Shown: piece after piece, positions 1-12,519 of the stretch | Position numbering within the stretch: the first letter of the stretch is position 1 | Layout of the letters: every line of letters begins with the position of its first letter | Assembly (NCBI GenBank): GCA_030704615.1 | Contig: CM060731.1 | Location: forward strand, 10,726,001-10,790,000 | Direction of reading: 5' to 3' | DNA length: 64,000 bases | Source of the DNA: Takakia lepidozioides | Lineage: Eukaryota; Plantae; Bryophyta | Program-made: the position numbers and the translations under genes | The notes under the pieces: model-generated | Databases searched by the model: none | What the model was told of the DNA's origin: nothing | What the model saw: only the letters and a program-made list of their open reading frames with translations

Positions 1-3000
1 TGTCTTGACATACTCCTCTGCCTCCTCCCTCAGTTTGGGCCAGAAATACTCTTTCTTCAAGAGTGCCGCAGTGCGCTTGGCTCCGCCGTGGCCGCAAGCG
101 GGCTATCATGGCATTCTCTCAAGAGGCTATCTCTGATCCCTCCCTTCGGCACGTAGAGACGCTTTTGCTTATACCGGAGCAGTCCATTTTGCAAGTGGAA
201 CTGCGATTTAACCCCCATCCTCAAGTCCTGCACACGGATTTTGCCAGCTCATCCTTCCGGCAAGCCTTCCGGATCTTCCTTTGGAGCGCCGTCTCGCCCT
301 TGTACCCAACAAAGAGCTGCTGCTTCCTACTTAAAGCATCGGCCACCATGTTGTCTCGTCCCGGTTTGTAATGGATATCCACATCGAACACCGACAAAGT
401 ATCTTGTCACCTAAGTTGTTTTGGGGACAACTTGGGCTGCGTGGCGAAATACTTCACCGTGACATTGTTCGTGAACACCTTCACTGGGTTGGAACCAACA
501 TAGTGGCGCTAAAGCTCAAGACAGTGCACCACCGCCTTCATCTCTTTCTCGTGCGTCGGCCACCGTCGCTCCACTTCATTCAGTTCTTACTTTCGTAAGC
601 CACTGGACGTCCATCTTGCATCAGAACACCCCCAATCGCGAAGTCCGACGCATCTGTATGTATCTTGAACGGACGATCGAACTCCGGGATTTTCAAGACT
701 GGAGCTTCGCGATCCACTGCTTCAATTCAGCAAAAGCTTGGCCACACAAGGTGTTCCATACCCAGACTTTGGATTTACACAGAAGGTCTGACAACGGCCC
801 CGCGATCTTTGGAAATTTCTCACATACTTCCGGTAATAGGAGGCGAGTCCTAGGAAGGATCGCACTCCCCGGGACCGAAGTCGGAGGCTCCTAGTCCAGA
901 TCGCCCTCACCTTTCTGTCATCCATTTTTATCCCATCTTGTAAAATCACATGCCCCAGGAACTCCACTTTTGTGACCCCAAATTCGCACTTTGAAACTTT
1001 GGCATACAACTTCCCTTCCCGCAATTTTTGGAACACCCTTTTGAGGTGCTCCAGGTGCTCCTCCTTTGTTTTCGAATACACCAAGAGTCATGTCGTCGAT
1101 GTACACGATCACAAGTCATCCAACCATTCCTGGAAAAGGTTCTTCATCAGCGTGCTAAGGTCGCGGTGCATGGTGAGCCCAAAAGGCATCACCAAGAACT
1201 CATATGAACCATACCTTTTCCTGCACGCGGTCTTCTCCTCATCTCCTTCCGCCACTCGAATTTGATGATAGCCGGAGCGCAGATCGATTCCGGCTGAAAT
1301 ACTTCGCTCCTGCCAACCGATCGAAAAGGTCGTCAATCCTTGGCAAAGGATACCGGTTTTTGATAGTCACCTTATTCAAAGCCCTGTAATCGACACACAT
1401 CCGCAGCGTCCCATCCTTCTTGTCTGCGAATAGCACCGGGGCTCCGTAAGGTAACTTACTCGGCTGGATGTACCCCTTTGACATTAGATCTTTGAGCTGA
1501 GTCTTCAGCTCGACCAACTCTCTGTGGCTCACACGGTAGGGCACCTTGGCAGGCGGTTCCGATCCCGGTATCACCTCAATCTTGTGGTCAACTCCTCTTT
1601 GCGGTGGCAAGCCGCTTGGCAAATCCTCCGCATCACATCATGGTATTTCTCCAAATCCCCTTGATCCAATCTGGGCTCGGCTCTCCATCGCCTTCTCCTT
1701 CACTTCTCTAATGTAGAGCAAAAACTGGGGCTCGTGTGCCTCCTCCACGGCCCACTCCCTTGCTGACAGAAGTTTATTCGCCCTCCCACGGGTTTGGGCG
1801 TTTCCAAACTCGTAAGACCTCGCCACCATTTCAACATGGCAGCGTGACTACCCTCTTGCGGCCATCTATGACCGCTCCGGATTTGCTCAAAAAGGTCATC
1901 CCCAAAATGAGATCCACTCCATCGATCTCGCAGATGGTGAAGTTCTCACGTCCCTCCCAACTCCCCAGTTGAAGAGGAACATCGAACGCCAACCTCGTCG
2001 CCAATTGCGGTTCTCCTTTGGCAGAATGCACCTGAATAGAGGCCCCTACGTCAGTTGTCAGGAGTCCCAACTTTTGTGCCGTTGCCGGTGTCATGAAGGA
2101 GTGCAACGCTCCTGTGTCCACCAACAATGACACGTTAGTTCCGGATATTATCCCATCCACGAACAATAAGTGAATCCCTTACGCAATGCGCCAGTTTCCT
2201 GATACAACTCACAAGAATATTTGCCTACCTTGCAAGTCTGGCGACCACCGCTTCCACCAAGCGACTGATGGTATCTTCCGACAGCTCTGTGGTCACCCGT
2301 GTCATGTTCAATTGCCGGGGCTTCGTGCACTTCTTGGCCATGTGCCCGGGCTCCCCACAATTGAAACACACTCCATCAATGGTTGCCTTCTGTCCGCCAT
2401 AGGCCGCTCCACCTACTTTTCCTTTCGAAGCACCGGGTGCCGCCTTGACTTGTGATGGCCCTCCCTTCGATTTCCACGTGCCATTGTCGCCGCGTGCCTA
2501 TCCCACTTCTTTTCCGGTCGGAAAGAGTCACCTTCCCGCCGGGTCTTCTTGTGGTTCAGCTCCGTACGGCCTTGTCTTTCACCCCTAGGGACATCTGAGA
2601 AACATTCAGCCCTCTCAATTGCCTCGTTCAAAGTCTTAGGTGGCTTCTCCTCCAACTTCCGCCTGGCCCATAGGGCCAGTCCCACCACAAAGTTGAAGAC
2701 CATTTCCGGTTCTGCCATGTCGCGACTTCGAGCAAAAGCACATTGAAAGCCTGGACATATCCCGAATGTCGTCTGTTTGCTTCAAATTCCTCATCTTGTC
2801 CCGGGCAAGCCAGGACGCGTTGAGGGGCACAAACTGTCTCTTCATCAATTCCTTGAACCCACTCCAGTTCAAGGTTTCCGGGCTTGGACCTCGGTCGTGA
2901 AGGCGTTTCTGCACCCATTGTTGAGCATAGCCCCTCAAATAGGCGGGAGCCACTTCCACCCGATCCTCGTCACTCAACTTGGCCGCCGGAAGTACTGCTC

Positions 3001-3382
3001 TAGCTCCAAGAGCCAGGTGTTGAGTGCCTTCCGATTTCGGACGCCCTCGAAGGTGTCGGGTTCCTTAGGCTTCACCTTAAACTTTGCCTTAGTGGAAGTG
3101 GCATTAGCCGCCTCAACACGTCTTCAGCGTCCCGCCAAACTGCGCAAACAACCCTTCCCAAAAGGCTGCCGGCATGGGAGGCATCTGTTGGTCGGTCGGA
3201 GCTCTCACGGATTCCTCGGGCTCCGACTCCTCGGATTCCTCCTGCTCTTGAGCGGCCTCGTTTTCGGAAACGTGCATCGCTCCCTCAAACGGTCGCCTCG
3301 GTGACACGTCGCCCCCATCGGGCTCACAAGGATCATCATCTTTTGGGCCGTTCCGCTTTCGCTTTGGCTTGCCCGACCCCAT
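1..3382 (-). pseudogene. gag-pol polyprotein of gypsy copy 1 (frameshifted)
   Basis: ORF fragments 3113-3436, 2636-2977, 2413-2718, 1831-2166, 1239-1622, 1109-1336 and 722-1084 tile gag-PR-RT-RH. Confidence 0.9.
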
Positions 3383-3423
3383 GATGAGGCCAATCCCAAG
3401 GACGATCGCGTACTGAACTCTAA

Positions 3424-3435
3424 GCTCTGATACCA
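3424..3435 (-). promoter_or_regulatory. Primer-binding site (tRNA-iMet 3' end) of gypsy copy 1
   Basis: TGGTATCAGAGC on the minus strand, 2 nt after the LTR end. Confidence 0.92.
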
Positions 3436-3437
3436 AG

Positions 3438-4156
3438 TGTCGCGCACCTCACTTCGGTAAGCTCCCTTTCAAGTCATAGTTACTCGCTTTGATGCGCGCG
3501 CCTGACTCCCAACCTGGCCGCCGGGCCAACTTGGAGCTTCGGCTGCTCACCGGGACATAACGGTCCCCCTTCGCTCTCCCACTAAACCCTCCACCTATTT
3601 GGGCCTAGTGGAATTCCCTTTGGTAGATGCAGTCCGGAACAGCTCCCCACTCTTTGGTCGCTTTCCGCTCGCTCGCTTACTCACTAGTTTTTGGTCACCA
3701 ACGGGCTTGCACCGTTCTCGGGGGTCACTACTCCCCTTATATATACTTCTGTAGCTGTCCGCGGGGGTTTCACAACCAGCCATGCCATTTTATGGCGAAC
3801 CACCACGAAAACCCTCGACTCCCGGTGAGAGTCGCGGTGAGTCTTGGCCCTTCACCACGGCCCCTATGGACCGTGATGAGTCCCAAGACTCCCCACGACT
3901 CCCACCACGAGGTCTCCGCCCCCATGGTGAGTCCTATGCAACCCCCACTAAGTCCCGCTAAGCTACCACCACCCCTTGTGGAGCCACCGCAACCCGGTGT
4001 GCGGGGCTCCACCTAGTTAGTGCCTCCGCCTCCTTGAGTGCCTTGGGCACTCAAGGGTGCTTCAGCCCCCCATATCTATCGCTGCCGCTGCCCCCACCAC
4101 AGGGGCAGCCCCTCATGTGTCCCGACCCCCTGCCCTCAAGGCAAAGGGCCGCGACA
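3438..4156 (-). repeat. 5' LTR of gypsy copy 1 (~719 bp)
   Basis: TGTCGCG...CGCGACA termini; matches the LTRs at 50585, 54585, 60801 and 63657. Confidence 0.95.
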
Positions 4157-4436
4157 ATGTGTTTGTACGCTGATGCAGATGTGTAAGGCCAGCACATACC
4201 TTGGTCCTAAGGTTTACTGCTGTAGTGACACTGTAATAAAGGTGAGTGTGTGGGTCACTAGATTAGCATGAGCAGGCTCTGTCAGCCAGTGTATGTTTTC
4301 ATGGTCACTAATATTGTTCTAGTCTTTATGATACTATGCTTGTAAGGTGCTGACACAAGTCTTTGTGTCTAGTAGATGTGTATCTTTCTTGAGCTTGCAT
4401 GTGAAAAGTGTTGCCAACTACTTCTCACAAACAATA

Positions 4437-4449
4437 GGTTATGGGCCCA
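4437..4449 (+). promoter_or_regulatory. Copia PBS complementary to the tRNA-iMet anticodon arm (half-tRNA type)
   Basis: GGTTATGGGCCCA directly after the LTR end, the same motif as the Drosophila copia PBS. Confidence 0.8.
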
Positions 4450-4547
4450 CATCTCGTATCCCTGTGCGTTTAACTATCTTTAGACGTCATCTTAAAGCTT
4501 AGTCTCAGTTCTATTATGTTGTTTCTAGTTGGGAAGAGAGAGATCCT

Positions 4548-6657
4548 ATGGATCAGGGGAAGGAGCTTAGTAACATTGAGCGTTTTAATGGTGAGGGTTT
4601 TGCCATGTGGAAATACCAAATGAGAGCCATTTTTCGTGGCAAAGAGTTGTGGGGTATAGTGGACGGGACAGTAGTTCGAGAGCCAGTTGGGGATAACGTA
4701 GTACCAGCCACTCCTGCTAAGATAGCTGCCTGGGACAAGAAAGATAGTCAGGCGCTTGGAATACTTTGTCAAGCCGTTGATAGAAGACTGCTAAAGAACT
4801 TGATGAGCTGTGATACTTCCTTTGCCTTTTGGAAGAAGCTCACGTTGATACATGAGAGGAGAGCTACTGAGAACATCCATCAGCTATAGGAGAGTTTTTT
4901 CAAATGCAAAATCGAGGAGGGGGAGGACATAGCTGATTTTCTTGGACGAATCGAAATGGTGATCAAGCAGCTCAGAGGCATGAACAACAACAGCTTCGAT
5001 GATTCAGCTGTGATTGCCAAGGTCTTGTACAACTTGCCACCCCATTTGAAACATTTCAGATCAGCTTGGGACAGCGTCCCTGAAGGTCCAACGAAGGATC
5101 TTGACCTTTTGACGCTTCGACTTCTGACCGAGGAGAGCAGATCGAAGCCGACGTCTGAAGAAGAGGTAGTGAAGGCTTTCGTGGCCAAGACAAAGGGGAA
5201 GACAACTGGATCAACGTCGAGCAGTGCAGCCAACCGCCCATATTTGACCCAGGAGCAGAGAGAAGCAAGAAAGGCAGAGATTGAAAAGTTGAAGGATACT
5301 ACTCTTTGCTACAACTGTGGTGAACCAGGACACTGGGCAAGAGAATGTCAGAAGAAGAAGAAAGGCAAGAAAGAACAGCCAAAGAGTGGTGGATCTTTCA
5401 AGGCATGGATGCCAATCTCAAGCTGCCAAAGAGGAGCATCAAGATGCATAGATCTCAGACACTGGATGCACCCAACACATGACTGAGCACGGTGAGTGGT
5501 TCAAGAATTATCGTGACACATCGAAAGTGGGCAACTCCGAGTTTCTAATAGCCGGAGTTGGAGACATTGACGTCCTCATCAAGATCATGGCACATGTCAG
5601 TGCTGAAAAATGTCCTACACGTTCCCTGCCTTGGGAGAAGTCTCTTCTCGATTAGAAGAGCGATCAAAGCAGGTTGCACCACCATGCATACCTTGACTGC
5701 ATGTTATCTTATTCATGATGGAGCGATTGTCATGCAAGGGACTGCAGTTGATGATATGTGGCATTTGCACATAAGCCCACAGCCACCGAAACACAAAGTG
5801 TACATCGCAAACACCAAGAATGAGGTTATTCGATCGTCTGTGGGGTCATTTGTCGGAGAAACAAAAGGTGAAGCAACCAAGAGTCTTGAGGTATGGCATC
5901 GAAGATTTTGTCACGTCAACTGTCAGACGATACAATGCATGGCAGCGGAAGATGTGGTAGATGGCTTGATACTGACAAGTAAGAAAGAGCCAAAGTTCTG
6001 TGAAGGATGTGTCTTCGGGAAGGCCAAGCAAAGTTCTTTCCCGAAGAAGGAGATACCAGTGAGAGCATCACAGATAGGAAGTATAGTGCACACCGACCTT
6101 TGTGGCCCTTTCAACACCAAGTCAGTGGGAGGGGCCAGCTATTTCATAATCTTCAAAGACAATCACTCATCCTACAGGGTCCTATATAGCATTTCAAAGA
6201 AGTCAGAGGCATTGACATGCTTCAAGAACTATGTCGCACTGATGAAGAGAGAGGTTGGACACAATGTTGGGACACTCAGATCAGACAGAGGCGGTGAATT
6301 CATTGGAAAAGAGTTCCAAGCCTATCTTGCAGATATTAGTGTGAAGCAAGAACTCACAACATCATATACACCGGAACAGAATGGGGCTGCAGAAAGAGAG
6401 AGCAGAACCATCGTTGAACTAGTTTGAAGCATGATATATGACAGCGGAGTGCACCCAAGATTTTGGGGAGAAGCAGCCCAGACAGCGGTGTATACACTCA
6501 ACCGCACTGAAACACACACTTTGAAGAAAACGACACCATTTGAAATATGGACCAAGCAAAAGCCATCCATAAGCCATATGAGAGTTTTTGGCTGTGATGC
6601 ATACGTTCACGTTCCGAGGGAACTTCGAAAGAAGTTAGATGCCAAAAGTGTGAAGGG
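4548..6657 (+). pseudogene. Copia gag-PR-INT polyprotein, disrupted
   Basis: ORFs 4548-4889, 4956-5486, 5558-6427 and 6431 onward, separated by stops or frameshifts. Breaks after KKLDAKSVKG. Confidence 0.9.
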
Positions 6658-6861
6658 AGTTTTTTCACCCATGGTAAAATTCGATTCTATCCGAACTATT
6701 CTATCGATTGCTGCTACAGAGGACATGGATATAGTGTAATTCGATGTGTGCACCGCTTTTCTCTACGGGGAATTATCTGAGATTATATTCATGGAGCAAC
6801 CTCACGGGTTCGAGGACCCAGCAAACAAGGGAAAGGTTTGCAGTCTTAAGAAGACATTATA
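6658..6861 (+). pseudogene. Fragment of a copia-type reverse transcriptase, diverged from the RT at 7701-8549
   Basis: FSPMVKFDSIRTILSIAA...FDVCTAFLYGEL...MEQPHGF...VCSLKKTLY. Confidence 0.82.
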
Positions 6862-7222
6862 TATTGTTTGTGAGAAGTAGTTGGCAACACTTTCCCACAT
6901 GCAAGCTCAAGAAAGATACACATCTACTAGACACAAAGACTTGTGTCAGCACCTTACAAGCATAGTATCATAAAGACTAGAACAATATTAGTGACCATGA
7001 AAAGATACACTGGCTGACAGAGCCTGCTCATGCTAATCTAGTGACCCACACACTCACCTTCATTACAGTGTCACTACAGCAGTAAACCTTAGGACCAAGG
7101 ACTAAAAGAGAGCAGAGCCCATTGCTCTCAATGCTTAAGTAACTAGCACTGTAGTTACTAGTAACTACAGTGTCAAGAAGGATGACTCCAGTGTAATCTT
7201 GATGAGTTCTCTACAACCAAAA
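6862..7222 (-). repeat. 3' LTR of the copia element
   Basis: Its distal ~238 bp nearly match 4199-4436 in inverted orientation. The far boundary is estimated from the PPT. Confidence 0.8.
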
Positions 7223-9112
7223 CTCCCACTCACTGAATCAATCCTTCTGTGAAATAAAAACCGAAGAAATCACACACTTGTGAGACCAATCAGGCCTCTC
7301 ATTCGCTGAAACTTCTCGGTCGTGAGCACTTTCGTCAGGATATCAGCTCGCTGGTTTTCTGTGTTCACATAAATCATGTTGATAGTTCCAATCAGCTGGT
7401 GCTCTCGAATCAGATGGTACGAGATGTCAATGTGCTTTGTTCGGCGGTGGTACTCAGGATTGTGTACCAAACGAATGGCAGACTGGTTGTCACAATGCAA
7501 TGGGGTAGGTCCACCCTGCACACAACCAATGGATCGGAGCAAACTGCGCATCCATATCACTTCTTTGGTGGCTGTGCTTGCAGCAATATACTCCGCTTAT
7601 GTTGTATTGGTCGCCGTGCAGGCTTGGTTCTCTATCGAGGAACAGTATGATGCCAGTCCTGGACTTACGGTCATCTAAGTCCCCGGCATAGTCTGCATCA
7701 CTATAGCATATCAGATGGTTGTCTTGAGCACTCTCGCCATATGTGATTTGGGACTCCTTTGAAGTATCTCATGATTCTGGAGACGGCTTGGCAATGTGCT
7801 TTCTTCGGGTCAGAGCTATACTTGGCAGAACTGCCTATAGCATATGAGCTGTCTGGTCTACTGCCGATGGAGGCGAACTGTAGGCTTCCAATGATCTCCT
7901 TGAATAGAAACTTGACCTGTACTTCTTCGTCTCTGCGGCTGATCTCGTCGAGGCGGCTGTTTGGGTCTGCAGGTATAGTAATGGCATGACTTTCGTCATA
8001 TCCATACTTGTGCAGCTTCTTCATGATATATCTGGTCTGATCAACCTTCAGAATCTTCTTGGGGCGGTCTCTTGTGATGTGTAATCCCACATAGACTTCG
8101 GCATCTCCTCTGGTGATTTTGAAAGCTCCAGTCATATATTCGAGGATGTCATCGGCAGCTTTGGAACCTTCTGTGCATATGAGACCATCATCTACAAAAT
8201 TCGTGAGGATGATGATCGTGTCAATGTCACGGTAATAGACACATGGGTCAGCAGGGCTGGCTACAAAACCGTAGGTTTTCAAGAACTCATCGAACCGCTT
8301 GTTCCACATACGGCTTGACTGCTTTAGCCCGTAAAGAGCTTTTATGAGTTTGCATACGGCCTTAGGATTTTCTGCATTCTCAAAACCTAATGGTTGCTCC
8401 ATGTAGATTTCTTCCTCGATGTTTCCATATAGGAACGCTGTTCGAATGTCAAACTGTGTGATATTCAGATCCTTCACGGCTGCAATGGATAGAACAACTC
8501 TAATTGAATCAAACTTTGCTACTGGCGAGAATGTCTCGGTATAATCCACTCCAGCTTTCTGGGAGTAGCCTCGTGCACAAAGCCTGGCCTTGAATCTGTC
8601 GACCTCCCATTCTGCATTGTATTTTATTTATAAACCCACTTGCAGGTGATCTTCTTTCTTCCAGGGGGCAGATCTGTGAGTACCCAAGTCTCGTTCTCCA
8701 TAAGGGAACAATACTCATCATGCATCGCCTCCAGCCATTTTTCTCTATCTTTCGAGTTCATAGCTTCATAGAAACTCTCGGGCTCTTCTTGTGTCTGTTC
8801 TCGTATTCAACAATACATGCTCTGGTCTTTCCAGGGTAGAACCAGTCACCATAGAAGTCTGGTTTCCTTCTGATTCGAGGCCCTAGCTCCTCAGTAGTTG
8901 TCATATCATTCCCAGATGTCTGCCTTGTGGCTGGATTAAGAGCGCTCCCTACAGCTTCCATTTGCTCAATGTGTGTGTCATCTGGGATCTCCCACTGGTT
9001 GACAACCTGCTCGGGTTCTTGTGAGCTTGGCCTATTTCCTTCAGATTGACTCTTACCCAAAGAAATGATCTCCTGGTTTTCTTCTGGTTCCGAAGCTGGC
9101 AATTGAATTTCC
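6862..9112 (-). mobile_element. Ty1/copia element, 3' half (post-integrase linker, RT, RNase H, PPT, 3' LTR)
   Basis: RT 7701-8720 (FDIRTAFLYG, LYGLKQSSRMW, FVDDGL), RNase H 7270-7700 (CDNQSAI, HRRTKHIDI), purine tract GAGTGGGAG near 7223-7231, then the LTR. Confidence 0.93.
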
Positions 9113-12100
9113 AAACACAAAAACCTTGTGTGTGCAATAATGGGAGCACCTGGTTTGGGCTGTGCATTTTGTCAAACAACTATATTCGCCACTTCCACGT
9201 GAATTTGCAAGGGGCCGCCAATGTGATTTCCATGAGGTAAGTTGGTATGGGTACCACCTAGATAATAAACACTCTCAGATTTAAATAACTAAAAAATACT
9301 TTTGTACGCAATAATGGGAGCACCTGGTGTGGGGATGTGCATTTTCTCAAACAACTATGTTCACCACTTCCATGTGAATTGTAAGCGTGGCCGCCATTTG
9401 CGCTTGCAATGTCGGATTTCTATGAGGTAAGTTGGTATGGGTACTACCTGGATAATAAACACTCTCAGGTTGAAATAACTAAAAAATACTTTTGTATGCA
9501 ATAATGGGAGCACCTGGTGTGGGGATGTGCATTTTCTCAAACAACTATGTTCACCACTTCCATGTGAATTGTAAGCGTGGCCGCCATTTGCGTTTGCGAT
9601 GTCGGATTTCTATGAGGTAAGTTCGTATGGGTAGCCACCTGAATAATCAACACTCTCAAATTCAAATAAGTAAAACAACATTTTGTGTGAAATAATGGGA
9701 GCACCTGGTATGGGGCTATGCATTTTGTCAAACAACTATGTTTGTCACTTCCATGTGAATTGCAAGCTGGATGGCCGCCATTTGCGCTTGCGATGTCGGA
9801 TTTCTATGAGGTAAGTTGGTATGGGTAGCCACCTAGATAATCAACACTCTCAAGTTGAAAGAAATACAAAAAACATTTGTGTCCAATAATGGGAGCACCA
9901 AGTGTGGGGCTGTGCATTTTATCCAACAACTCGCCAATTCCATGTGAACTGCTAAGGTGGCCGCCATTTGCGCTTGCAATGTCGGATTTCTATTAGGTAA
10001 GTTGGTATGGGTAGCCACCTTGATAATCAACACTCTTATATTGAAATAAACACAAAAACCATTTGTGTGCAATAATGGGAGCACCTGGTGTGGAGTTGTG
10101 CATTTTGTCAAACAACTATGTTCGTCACTTCCATGTGAATTGCAAAGGTGGCCGCCATTTGTGGGAGCACCTGGTATAGGGCTGTGCATTTTGTCAAAGA
10201 ACTATGTTTGCCACTTCCATGTGAATTGCAAGGGTGGCTGTTGTTTGCGTTTGCGATGTCGGATTTCTATGAGCTAAGTCGGTATGGGTAGCCACCTGGA
10301 TAATCAACACTCTCAAATTCAAAGAAGTAAAACAACATTTTGTGTGCAATAATGGGAGCACCTGGTATGGGGCTTTGCATTTTGTCAAACAATTATGTTT
10401 GCCACTTCCATGTGAATTGCAAGGGTGTATGTCGTTTGTGCTTGCGATGTCGGATTTCTATGAGGTAAGTCGGTATGGGTAGCCACCTGGATAATCAACA
10501 CTCTCAAATTCAAAGAAGTAAAACAATATTTTGTGTGCAATAATGGGAGCATCTGATATGGGGTTGTGCATTTTGTCAAACAATTATGTTCGTCACTTCC
10601 ATGTGAACTGCAAAGGTGACCGCCATTTGCGCTTGCGATGTCGGATTTCTATGAGGTTAGTCAGTATGGGTAGCCACCTGGATAATCAACACTCTTAAGT
10701 TGAAAGAAGTATAAAAAACGTTTGTGTGCAATAACGGGAGCACATGGTGTGGGGCTGTATATTTTGTCAAACAACTATGTTCGCCACCTCCATGTGAACT
10801 GCAAGGATGGCCGCCATTTGCGCTTGCGATGTTGGATTCTATGAGGTAAGTTTGTATGGGTAGCCACCTAGATAATGAACACTAGTAACTTGAAAGAAGT
10901 ACACAAAACGTTTGTGTGCAATAATGAGAGCACCTGGTATGGGGCTGTGCATTTTGTCAAACAACTACGTTCGCCACTTTCATGTTAATTGCAAGGGTGG
11001 CCGTCGTTTGAGCTCACTATGTCGGAATTGAATGAGAGCAGTTGGTATGGGTAGCTAGCTAGATAATGAACACTCTCTACTTGAAAGAATTGAAAAAAAC
11101 ATTTATGGGGTGAAATGGTAGCACCTGGTGGGCCGACCATTTGGATCAACCTCTATGCTAACCACTTGTGTGTTCATTGGCAAATTAAGTGCCTATCTTG
11201 GTCACAATGTCGGAATTGAATGAGGGCAGTTGGTATGGGTAGCTAGCTCTCTTTACTTGAAAGAAATGAAAAATACTTTTATCTGCTGAAATGGGAGCAC
11301 CTGGTATGGGGCTGGCCATTTTGAACAACCTCTATGCTAGCAACTTGTGTGTTCATTAGAAAAATAGGTGCTTATGTTGGTCATGAAGTTGGAATTGAAT
11401 GAGGGTAGTTGGTATGGGTAGCTAGCTCTCTTTACTTGAAAGAAATGAAAAATACTTTTATCTGCTGAAATGGGAGCACCTGGTATGGGGCTGGCCATTT
11501 TGAACAACCTCTATGCTAACAACTTGTGTGTTCATTGGAAAAATAAGTGCTTATGCTGGTCATGAAGTTGGAATTGAATGAGGGTAGTTGGTATGGGTAG
11601 CTAGCTCTCTTTACTTGAAAGAAATGAAAAATACTTTTATCTGCTGAAATGGGAGCACCTGGTATGGGGCTGGCCATTTTGAACAACCTCTATGCTAACA
11701 ACTTGTGTGTTCATTGGAAAAATAAGTGCTTATGCTGGTCATGAAGTTGGAATTGAATGAGGGTAGTTGGTATGGGTAGCTTGCTCTCTTTACTTGAAAG
11801 AAATGAAAAATACTTTTATGTGCTGAAATGGGAGCACCTGGTATGGGGCTGGCCATTTTGAACAACCTCTATGCTAACAACTTGTGTGTTCATTGGAAAA
11901 ATAAGTGCTTATGCTGGTCATGAAGTTGGAATTGAATGAGGGTAGTTGGTATGGGTAGCTAGCTTGATAAAAAAAAACTCTTTATTTAAAAGAATTGAAA
12001 AATATTTTTATGTGCTGAAATGGAAGCACTTGGTATGGGGCTGGCCGTTTTGAACAACCTCTATGCTAATCACTTGTGTGTTCATTGGCAAATTAGGTGC

Positions 12101-12450
12101 CAATCTTGGTCACAATGTCGGAGTCCAATGAGGGAAGTTGGTATAGGTAGCTAGCTAGATAATGAACACTCTCTATTTGAAAAAATTGCAAAAAACAATT
12201 ATGTGGTGAAATGGGAGCACCTGGTATGGGGCTGGCCATTTTGACCAACCTCTATGCTAACCACTTGTGTGTTCATTGGCAAATTAGGTGTCAATCTTGG
12301 TCACAATGTCGGAATTCAATAAGGGCTGTTGGTAGGGGTAGCTAGCTTGATCATGAACATAATTCAAAGTTAAAAGAATACAAAATATTATTCTGAGCTG
12401 AAATGGGAACACCCGACATAGGATTGTACATTGTGTCAAATCACTATCCC
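9113..12450. repeat. Tandem repeat array, ~19 units, mostly 190-192 bp with a homogeneous 179-bp sub-array
   Basis: Anchor GGGAGCACCTGG (or variant) at about 9142, 9316, 9506, 9697, 9891, 10077, 10163, 10354, 10545, 10736, 10926, 11117, 11293, 11472, 11651, 11830, 12022, 12213, 12405. Confidence 0.97.
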
Positions 12451-12519
12451 ACCTACCTCTAAGATATGGGCGCCTCTTGCATGTATTTATTAAGTTTGAA
12501 ACATGCTATTACACATCTA

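Larger units (their letters stand above)
1..4156 (-). mobile_element. Ty3/gypsy (chromovirus) LTR retrotransposon copy 1; 5' part only, runs off the window start
   Basis: Minus-strand order LTR, PBS, gag (zinc knuckle), protease (LLVDTGA), RT ([15 protein letters not shown]), RNase H, start of integrase. Same family as the copies at 50.6-64 kb. Confidence 0.96.
4199..6657 (+). mobile_element. Ty1/copia element, 5' half (partial LTR, PBS, gag, protease, integrase)
   Basis: 4199-4436 is the reverse complement of 6862-7100. Downstream: gag (FNGEGFAMWK, CYNCGEPGHWAREC), protease (SDTGCTQHMT), WHRRFCH..C..C, integrase core (HTDLCGP, RSDRGGEF, PEQNGAAER). Confidence 0.93.

Noticed and set aside
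3595-4140. Gly/Pro-rich ORFs inside the gypsy LTRs (also near 50.8, 54.6 and 60.9 kb)
   Set aside because: By-products of GC-rich LTR sequence; frames are not conserved between copies.
9113-12450. CRISPR-like array, or a repeat protein from the 64-aa minus-strand ORFs
   Set aside because: Units are homologous over their whole length with no unique spacers, there are no cas genes, and most unit lengths are not multiples of 3 with recurrent stops.
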